Shown here: in pieces, positions 58,095-64,000 of the stretch | Layout of the letters: every line of letters begins with the position of its first letter | How positions within the stretch are numbered: position 1 is the stretch's first letter | Assembly (NCBI GenBank): GCA_035542855.1 | Contig: DATKKM010000053.1 | Location: 7,821-71,820 of the forward strand | Reading direction: 5' to 3' | Source: Dehalococcoidia bacterium | GTDB lineage: Bacteria; Chloroflexota; Dehalococcoidia; SM23-28-2; RBG-16-64-32 | Length of the DNA stretch: 64,000 nucleotides | Position numbers and translations under genes: made by a program | Notes under the pieces: generated by a model | What the model was told of the DNA's origin: nothing | Seen by the model: only the letters and a program-made list of their open reading frames with translations | Databases searched by the model: none

Positions 58095-58880
58095 ATGCTC
58101 TACTGCCGTTTCGAACACCGTGGGCAGACCGCATTCGGCATTGTGGAGGACGACCGCGTCCAGCCCCTGAGCGGCGGCCTCTTCGCCGGCCCGAAGCCTG
58201 CCGGCGCGACGATCCCCCTTGCCGAGGTGAAACTGCTGGCGCCTGTCGATCCGCGCAAGATCCTGGCCGCCGCCGTGAACTACCAGTCGCACGTCCCCAG
58301 CGGCCGCACCGTGCTGAAGGACGACAACGCCCCCGCCGTCCCGCAGCTCTTCCTGAAGCCATCGTCCTCAGTAATTGGCCCGGGCGACACGATTGTCCTG
58401 CCGGCGGAGGCCCGCCGCGTGGACGCCGAGGGCGAGCTCGTCGCCGTCATCGGACGAGCCTGCCGCAACGTCTCAGCGGAGGACGCGCTCGGCTACGTCT
58501 TCGGCTACACGTGCGGGAACGACGTCAGCGCCCGCCACTGGCAGCGCGACGACATCCAGTGGTGGCGCGCCAAGGGCTCGGACACTTTCTCCCCGATCGG
58601 TCCGTTCGTCGCCACCGGCCTGGACCCCGCGAGCATCGCCCTGCGCACGCGCGTCAACGGCGCGGAAGCGCAGTCCGGCAGCACCAGCGACCTCATCCAC
58701 TCGCTCGCCGCGATGATCGCCTTCGCCTCCCGTGTGATGACGCTGGAGCCGGGTGACCTGCTTTTCACCGGCACCCCCGGCGAGCCCCCCAAGCTGGAGG
58801 ACGGCGACGTGGTCGAAGTGGAGATCGACGGGATCGGCGTGCTCAGCAACCCCGTCCGCCGCGAGCCCCTGTCGTCCTGA
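58095..58880 (+). CDS. fumarylacetoacetate hydrolase (FAH) family protein
   Basis: FAH fold motifs (KILAAAVNYQSH ... GDVVEVEIDGIGVLSN). Start 4 nt after the previous stop. Confidence 0.8.
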   Translation: MLYCRFEHRGQTAFGIVEDDRVQPLSGGLFAGPKPAGATIPLAEVKLLAPVDPRKILAAAVNYQSHVPSGRTVLKDDNAPAVPQLFLKPSSSVIGPGDTIVLPAEARRVDAEGELVAVIGRACRNVSAEDALGYVFGYTCGNDVSARHWQRDDIQWWRAKGSDTFSPIGPFVATGLDPASIALRTRVNGAEAQSGSTSDLIHSLAAMIAFASRVMTLEPGDLLFTGTPGEPPKLEDGDVVEVEIDGIGVLSNPVRREPLSS

Positions 58881-59055
58881 GGGGAGCCGAAGGGCTCGTC
58901 CTCAAGCCAGCCTTCGCCGGGCGCACAGCCGCCGGGACCAGGACAACCGCGGCTTCGGTCGCGGAAGCAGTTCGGAAACAACACCAGTCGCCGCGGCAGG
59001 CCCCTCCTGCGTCAGGGCGACACACGAGTCGTCGCAGGTGCGCCCAGTGAAAGGG

Positions 59056-59295
59056 CTACTCTTTGCTCGATAGCGATACGGCGTGGCGCTGCAACAGCTT
59101 CTGCGCCTCCACGGTCACACCAAGGTCGGCCGCGTCGCAGTAGGTGGAGTAGATCGCGCGGTCAATCAGGCGCGCCCCATCCTCATTCAACAGCCCCCGC
59201 TGGTCAGCCCGCAGGCGGAGCAGCCGGTTCAGTCGCTTCAGATAGTGCAGCTGCAGCGGTGAGAACGAGCCGTCGCTCTCTCTGTTCGAGAGCAT
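59056..59295 (-). CDS. hypothetical small protein
   Basis: 79-aa ORF only, no recognisable domain. Confidence 0.25.
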   Translation of the reverse strand: MLSNRESDGSFSPLQLHYLKRLNRLLRLRADQRGLLNEDGARLIDRAIYSTYCDAADLGVTVEAQKLLQRHAVSLSSKE

Positions 59296-59463
59296 CTCCC
59301 CAGGTCCCTCCCTTTACTTTACGGATTACGGGCGAAGTCCCCGAGGTCCCGCGAAATCCGTGCACGTAGGATGGCACTGATCGGGAAAGGCGGCAAGGGT
59401 TTGGACGGAAAATGGAAGTTAATATCGAGTATACGTGGGTTTGTCCGTATCTGGCGCAGATAC

Positions 59464-59504
59464 GAAGGAGGGCGTCCAGCCCTGCCCGCCGGACGCCCTC
59501 CTTC
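59464..59504. terminator. perfect 14-bp GC-rich hairpin (terminator-like, no U tract)
   Basis: GAAGGAGGGCGTCC-(13 nt)-GGACGCCCTCCTTC, downstream of the AHSA1-like gene. Confidence 0.35.
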
Positions 59505-59517
59505 CGCGGCGCGGCCG

Positions 59518-60489
59518 CTAGGCCGCCAGCGCTTCCGCCAGCTTGTCGAAGCTCTCGCTCCAGCCCTGGTTCGCGCCTTCACTGTGCTCGCCCACAGGGA
59601 TGCCGACGTGCCGCATGACCATGCGCGTCTTGCCGCCCAGGTCCTCGAACGTGACCGTCACCTTCATCTCCAGCGGGACCTCCGCCGGCATGCCGTAGTG
59701 CGTGGCGGATACCACGTTGCCATCCTCGTCCGCGAAGCAGTCCGTGTAGGTTAACCGTTCCATGGGCACGATCTCCCGGAAGAAGCCGAGGTTCCAGTAA
59801 TCCTTCCCGTCCGGCCCCCGCATCGCAAAGAAAAGGCGGCCGCCCACCCGGAAGTCCATCTCGATGAACGGTATGGTGAACTGACGCGGCCCGAACCAGC
59901 GCTTCATCTGCTCCGGATCGGTCCAGGCGCGCCACACCAGCTCCCGGGGCGCATCGAATACGCGCTCGATGACCAGCGCGTTCTTCTCGTCGTCGGCGTG
60001 CGCGCTGCGCAGCGAGGCCACGAGCGCGGTCAGGCGGTCGTAGCTCTCCGCGGCGCCCTTTTCCATGCCGGCCTGCAGCATGCCGTCGCGGTCCTCCTTC
60101 GAGTCGAAGGACGAGGTCGCGGTCAGTGTCGTCTTGCCGTCCTTCTCGCTGAGGACCAGCGTGTCCACGGAGATGTGCCCCGGCAGCCCTTCGTACTCGA
60201 ACGTCGAGACGATGCGCTCCGGGTAGACGATCTCCCGGTACTCGCCGCGAAAGGCGTGCTCGATGCCGTCCGGCCCTCGGTTGACGAAGCGGTACTTGCC
60301 GCCAGGGCGGAAGTCCAGCTCGCAGATGGGCATTTCGTCCTCGCGGCGGCCCCACCAGTTGCGGATGTGCTCAGCCTTGGCGTACGCCTCGAAGACGAGC
60401 GCGCGCGGGGCATCGAAGACGCGGGTCATCTGGATCTCGCGGTCGGACGGCAGGGTCAGCGCCAGGCCGGGGCTAGTCGCCTTGGTCAT
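59518..60489 (-). CDS. tandem SRPBCC/AHSA1 (Aha1-like) domain protein
   Basis: Two consecutive domains of about 150 aa with the AHSA1 pattern (RVFDAPRELVW ... W.GPDG). Overlaps the upstream ArsR gene by 17 nt. Confidence 0.7.
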   Translation of the reverse strand: MTKATSPGLALTLPSDREIQMTRVFDAPRALVFEAYAKAEHIRNWWGRREDEMPICELDFRPGGKYRFVNRGPDGIEHAFRGEYREIVYPERIVSTFEYEGLPGHISVDTLVLSEKDGKTTLTATSSFDSKEDRDGMLQAGMEKGAAESYDRLTALVASLRSAHADDEKNALVIERVFDAPRELVWRAWTDPEQMKRWFGPRQFTIPFIEMDFRVGGRLFFAMRGPDGKDYWNLGFFREIVPMERLTYTDCFADEDGNVVSATHYGMPAEVPLEMKVTVTFEDLGGKTRMVMRHVGIPVGEHSEGANQGWSESFDKLAEALAA

Positions 60490-60841
60490 CGTTCTCCTCC
60501 TTCTGCTTGCCTTGTAGCTCGCGCAGGTACTCGTCCAGGCGATCGAAGCGCGCCTCCCAGTGACGGCGGTACTTCTCCACCCAGTCGGCCACTTCTTTCA
60601 GGGGGGCTGCCTGTAGCCGGCTGGGGCGCCACTGGGCTTCGTGGCCGCGCGAGATGAGGCCGGCGCGTTCCAGCACCTTGAGGTGCTTAGAGACGGCGGG
60701 CAGGCTCATCGCGAACGGCTCCGCCAGCTCAGTGACGGAGGCCTCACCGTCCGAAAGGCGCGCGAGGATGGCGCGCCGGGTGGGGTCGGCGAGGGCCGCG
60801 AAGGTGGTGCTGATGCGATCGGGCGAAACTGTGCGTGCCAT
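60473..60841 (-). CDS. ArsR/SmtB family transcriptional regulator
   Basis: LADPTRRAILARLSDGEASVTELAEPFAMSLPAVSKHLKVLERAGLI. Confidence 0.85.
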   Translation of the reverse strand: MARTVSPDRISTTFAALADPTRRAILARLSDGEASVTELAEPFAMSLPAVSKHLKVLERAGLISRGHEAQWRPSRLQAAPLKEVADWVEKYRRHWEARFDRLDEYLRELQGKQKEENDDQGD

Positions 60842-60967
60842 GTGTATTTAACCAACTGGTAAAGTACAGCGCGTGAGAGAACGCTGTCAAGCCCTGCGGC
60901 GGGAAAGGGAAAAAGAAAAGAGGACACCACGCGGGCGCCCTCAGTTGGGATCGCTGCGGTTGGCGGC

Positions 60968-61174
60968 TTAGAGCCGGAGCTTGCCGTGCGAAGGCTGGCG
61001 GCGGCGCTGCCGGTGCTCACCGTTGGACTCCGCCTCGAGCTCGATCGACGCCGTGGCGCCGTACTCGTAGACGTATCCGCAGGAGAGGCACGTGCTGTAG
61101 GCGCCGTACCAGTCTTCTTCGAAGAGCATTGAACCCTGGCAGCGTGGGCACGCTCTTGGCGGTGCTATTTGCAT
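60968..61174 (-). CDS. small Cys4 zinc-ribbon protein
   Basis: CPRCQGS ... CLSCGYVY. Start at ATG 61174 (MQIAPP...) with a GGAGGTG Shine-Dalgarno; an alternative GTG lies at 61186. Confidence 0.45.
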   Translation of the reverse strand: MQIAPPRACPRCQGSMLFEEDWYGAYSTCLSCGYVYEYGATASIELEAESNGEHRQRRRQPSHGKLRL

Positions 61175-61243
61175 CTCTGACCCCACCTCCGTTGCAACAA
61201 AAAAAGAGCCGATGCCGCCATTGGGCGGATTGGCCCTTCCATG

Positions 61244-61350
61244 CGCCTCCGAGGTTAGCTGACGGGTTCGGGTAGAAGGGTTACCCTACTCACCACCTGG
61301 CGAGACTCACCCCAGTTCGGTTTCCCCGGTCCGCCAAAGGCGGATTCGGC
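61244..61350 (-). other. conserved noncoding element, copy B (leader of zinc-ribbon gene)
   Basis: Shares the 22-mer CGAGGTTAGCTGACGGGTTCGG and about 75% overall identity with 26902-27018. On the minus strand it is followed by U7 and the Shine-Dalgarno and ATG of the zinc-ribbon gene. Confidence 0.3.
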
Positions 61351-61637
61351 GTCGCCACACTTTGTGACGTCTGTAACTAATGTACGTAACGCGCGTAAAC
61401 CTGTCAAGCGCCCTATGGGACTTTCGCACATAGTTGCGCGGGGTGTGGAAAGTGGCGCGTCCGGGCCGCCGCGGCCAACGTATCGCATATTGAGCGAACC
61501 TTGACATTGCCTATAGCCGATGCTACTTTCTAGCCACTCGTCGCCCAGGGGGTTGGCGGCATGCTCAAAACGATGCGACACGCACATGCGCCCCGTGCTT
61601 GCTTTGCTTGCGCCGCGGGCGCCGGCTAGGGGGGAAG

Positions 61638-62633
61638 ATGCAGGCCTATATCATTCGCCGCGTCCTGCTGAACTTCCTTGTCATCTTTCTCGTCGCCACC
61701 TTTGTCTTCCTGGCCCTTCGCATTGACACCAGCACCGTAGTAAACCGCGCGGCCGGCTCCTGCATTGGCGGCCAGGCCGGTAACGGCCAGGCCGGCGCCG
61801 AAGAGTGCAGGAAGATTGTGAGGGCGCAGCTGGGGCTGGACACGTCTCTCCCCAAACAGTACTGGGACTACATGACGGGACTCATCCAGGGCGACCTCGG
61901 GCACTCTTTCAAAAGCCAGAACGCAGTGCTAGGTGAGATCAAGGACCGCGCCGGCCCCACCATTGAGCTGGGCATCCTACAGATCATCGTCGCCATCGTC
62001 ATCGCCACGCCTGTCGGCATCATTTCGGCCGTGCGGCAGGATTCCTGGATCGACTACTTCCTGCGCTTCTTCTCGATCTTCTTCCTGGGTATACCGGTGT
62101 TCGTGGTTGCGATCATCACGATCGTCCTCACGGCCCGCTACGGAGGCGGCACCTTATCGGACTGGTTTGGGCCCCATTCAGACTACGCGAGTCTGACGTC
62201 TGATCCGGCAAAGAACATAAAGGCGATGCTGGCGCCAGCGCTTATCGGAGGCCTTGGGACGGGCGCGGTGATCATGCGCTTCTTGCGATCCCAGATGCTG
62301 GAGGTGCTGCGCCAGGACTACGTGCGCACCGCCTGGTCCAAGGGACTGAGGGAGCGCGCGATCATTGTCCGTCACGCGCTCAAGAACGCGCTGATCCCGG
62401 TACTGACGCTGATCGGCATCCTCCTCGGCGGCATCGTGAGCGGCAACGTCGTTCTGGAGAGCATCTACACTATTCCCGGCATCGGCAACTACGTGGTCTT
62501 CGCCGTCGCGCAGAACCCGGACTTCCCGGTGATCCAGGGAATCGTCATCGTCGTAGCTGTAACACTGGTATTCATCAACCTGCTGGTGGACATTACCTAT
62601 GGTTGGCTTGACCCGCGGATCCGGTACAGTTAG
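61638..62633 (+). CDS. ABC transporter permease (DppB/OppB-like)
   Basis: Six TM helices, EAA-like loop, OppB-type N-terminus MQAYIIRRVLLNF. Confidence 0.85.
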   Translation: MQAYIIRRVLLNFLVIFLVATFVFLALRIDTSTVVNRAAGSCIGGQAGNGQAGAEECRKIVRAQLGLDTSLPKQYWDYMTGLIQGDLGHSFKSQNAVLGEIKDRAGPTIELGILQIIVAIVIATPVGIISAVRQDSWIDYFLRFFSIFFLGIPVFVVAIITIVLTARYGGGTLSDWFGPHSDYASLTSDPAKNIKAMLAPALIGGLGTGAVIMRFLRSQMLEVLRQDYVRTAWSKGLRERAIIVRHALKNALIPVLTLIGILLGGIVSGNVVLESIYTIPGIGNYVVFAVAQNPDFPVIQGIVIVVAVTLVFINLLVDITYGWLDPRIRYS

Positions 62634-63632
62634 ATGGCGCAAGAGTCAGCGATCCCAGCGGTAACCCCGGCTGCGCCGGAGACGGCGGCGCCCCGCCGCG
62701 GTTCCGCCTGGCGCGGAATCTGGAAATTCATCCGCAAAAAGCCCCTGGGCGCCATCGGTTTCGCCATCGTCGGCTTCCTGCTGCTCGCCACTATCGGCGT
62801 TCCCAAGGCCAGTTTCGGCTGGCCCTCGCTGCCGGACCGCCCGCTTGGCTTTGAGCTCGGCTCGCCGATCCTGCAGCGCTACAGCCCGGAGCAAAACTTC
62901 TACAACGCACGCGGCCGTGTCCGCTCCTTCGAGTCGCCCAGCTCGAACCACTGGCTGGGCACGGACAAGAGCGGCCGCGATGTCTGGGCCCGCATCGTCA
63001 ACGGCGCCCGCCGCTCGCTCTTCGTCGCCGTTTGGGCGCTGGTGCTGGCCACGGCACTGGGCGCGGGGATCGGCGTGGTGTCCGGGTACTTCGGCAAATG
63101 GATGGACACGGTGATCCAGCGCCTGATGGACGCATTACAGTCGTTTCCGCCCCTGATCGCGCTGATCTTGATAGTCACCATCAACCCGTTAACCAGCGGA
63201 CCCAACCTCTTCGTTATCGCCATCGCCCTGGGCCTCGTCGGCATACCCAGCGTGCAGCGCATCGTGCGCAGCGTCGTGCTTGCCACGCGCGAGCAGCAGT
63301 ACGTGGAGGCGGCGCGGACGATCGGCGCCACTGACCTGCGAACCATGCGCTACTACATCATTCCGAACATCATGGCCTCGATCATCATCGTCTTTTCGAC
63401 GGGGATCGGCGTGGCCATTCTCGCCGAGTCCACGCTCGGTTTCATTGCGCCCGACAAGCTGCCCGAAGGGCCGTCCTGGGGCATCATGCTGAGCGATGCC
63501 TACCCCGTCATCGTGGACCACCCGGGCCCGGGGCTGGCGGCCGCCGGCGCCATCGCCCTCGCGGTGCTCGGGTTCAACCTCGCCGGCGACGCCCTGCGCG
63601 ACGTGCTTGACCCACGCCTGCGCCTGGGCTAG
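62634..63632 (+). CDS. ABC transporter permease (DppC/OppC-like)
   Basis: OppC N-terminal domain plus the BPD_transp_1 core. Confidence 0.85.
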   Translation: MAQESAIPAVTPAAPETAAPRRGSAWRGIWKFIRKKPLGAIGFAIVGFLLLATIGVPKASFGWPSLPDRPLGFELGSPILQRYSPEQNFYNARGRVRSFESPSSNHWLGTDKSGRDVWARIVNGARRSLFVAVWALVLATALGAGIGVVSGYFGKWMDTVIQRLMDALQSFPPLIALILIVTINPLTSGPNLFVIAIALGLVGIPSVQRIVRSVVLATREQQYVEAARTIGATDLRTMRYYIIPNIMASIIIVFSTGIGVAILAESTLGFIAPDKLPEGPSWGIMLSDAYPVIVDHPGPGLAAAGAIALAVLGFNLAGDALRDVLDPRLRLG

Positions 63633-63694
63633 ACCGGTGACATGACTTGCTGACAACTGCCGCCCACGGAACCCGGAAAGGAGACACGCACTAG

Positions 63695-64000
63695 ATGCCT
63701 GAGGAGAGTAACTACTGGGACAAGTTCTGGCGGAAACGCTACACCCGCCGCCGCCTGATTTCGGGTTCCGCCATCGCCGGCACGGGCCTCGCCCTCGGCG
63801 CAGTCGTGGGTTGTGGCGGCGAGTCGACGCCTTCTGGCACCTCCGGCGGGCCGACTCCCACCGGCGGCCTCTACTGCGGTCCGGACGCCACCCCCGGCGA
63901 AAAGTACCTGTGCCTGGACTTCGAGAAGCCCGTCGACGGCCGCAGGACGTTTGAGCCGGCGCCGTCCGACTCCCGCGGCGGCTTCCTCACCTACATCGGC
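63695..64000 (+). CDS. probable ABC transporter substrate-binding lipoprotein, N-terminal part (3' end runs off the window)
   Basis: Twin-arginine-like motif RRRLISGSAIAGTGLALGAVVGCGG with a lipobox, then a low-complexity Gly/Pro/Thr linker. Confidence 0.5.
   Translation, partial: MPEESNYWDKFWRKRYTRRRLISGSAIAGTGLALGAVVGCGGESTPSGTSGGPTPTGGLYCGPDATPGEKYLCLDFEKPVDGRRTFEPAPSDSRGGFLTYIG

Noticed and set aside
61255-61587. 110-aa minus-strand ORF upstream of dppB
   Set aside because: It overlaps the conserved noncoding element and an intergenic region with promoter-like hexamers. There is no Shine-Dalgarno and no domain. The shared EPVS end with copy A is a by-product of nucleotide conservation.

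Overview
This is a 64 kb high-GC (about 68-70%) bacterial chromosomal window. Its gene content fits a Chloroflexota/Thermomicrobia-like or high-GC Gram-positive-like genome, with a Cheo-type LexA box and rpmG-secE-nusG-rplKAJL order. The backbone is housekeeping. On the minus strand are a Wzm/Wzt polysaccharide-export module plus a membrane glycosyltransferase; uppP, larB and larC sit on the plus strand. The minus strand also carries radC, the rplL-rplJ-rplA-rplK-nusG-secE-rpmG-tuf block preceded by three tRNAs (Thr-TGT, Tyr-GTA, Thr-GGT), and cysS-cysE-ispF-ispD. rpoB and rpoC lie about 13 kb upstream of that block on the same strand, separated from it by gdh, a TetR-P450 module and other genes, rather than following rplL. 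Further right are prs, secA, purU, an IMDH-family dehydrogenase, lexA with two SOS boxes, an ArsR-AHSA1 pair and a dpp/opp-like ABC permease set. Accessory content includes three secreted multidomain proteins ending in the same Cys-containing dockerin-like module (SLT-dockerin, a 1.3 kaa beta-propeller/metzincin/dockerin protein, and a thrombospondin-type-3 repeat/dockerin protein). There is an Ada/PEP-mutase-family operon and an unusual N-terminal LuxR-HTH membrane-anchored regulator. Structure not explained by genes includes: (i) a conserved ~110-nt noncoding element present twice, in the leaders of a DedA-family gene and a small zinc-ribbon gene; (ii) tandem heptamer (YGACCCN)4 tracts abutting the start codons of ispF and purU; (iii) a small double-zinc-ribbon gene between ispD and ispF split by a 1-nt frameshift in a G4 run; (iv) a family of REP-like GGGCGA...TCGCCC palindromes at 53-56.4 kb; and (v) a shared GCTGTCAACGAAT extended -35-like motif. 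No CRISPR array, rRNA or transposase was seen. Many long reverse-strand ORFs in the six-frame track are GC-driven artefacts.
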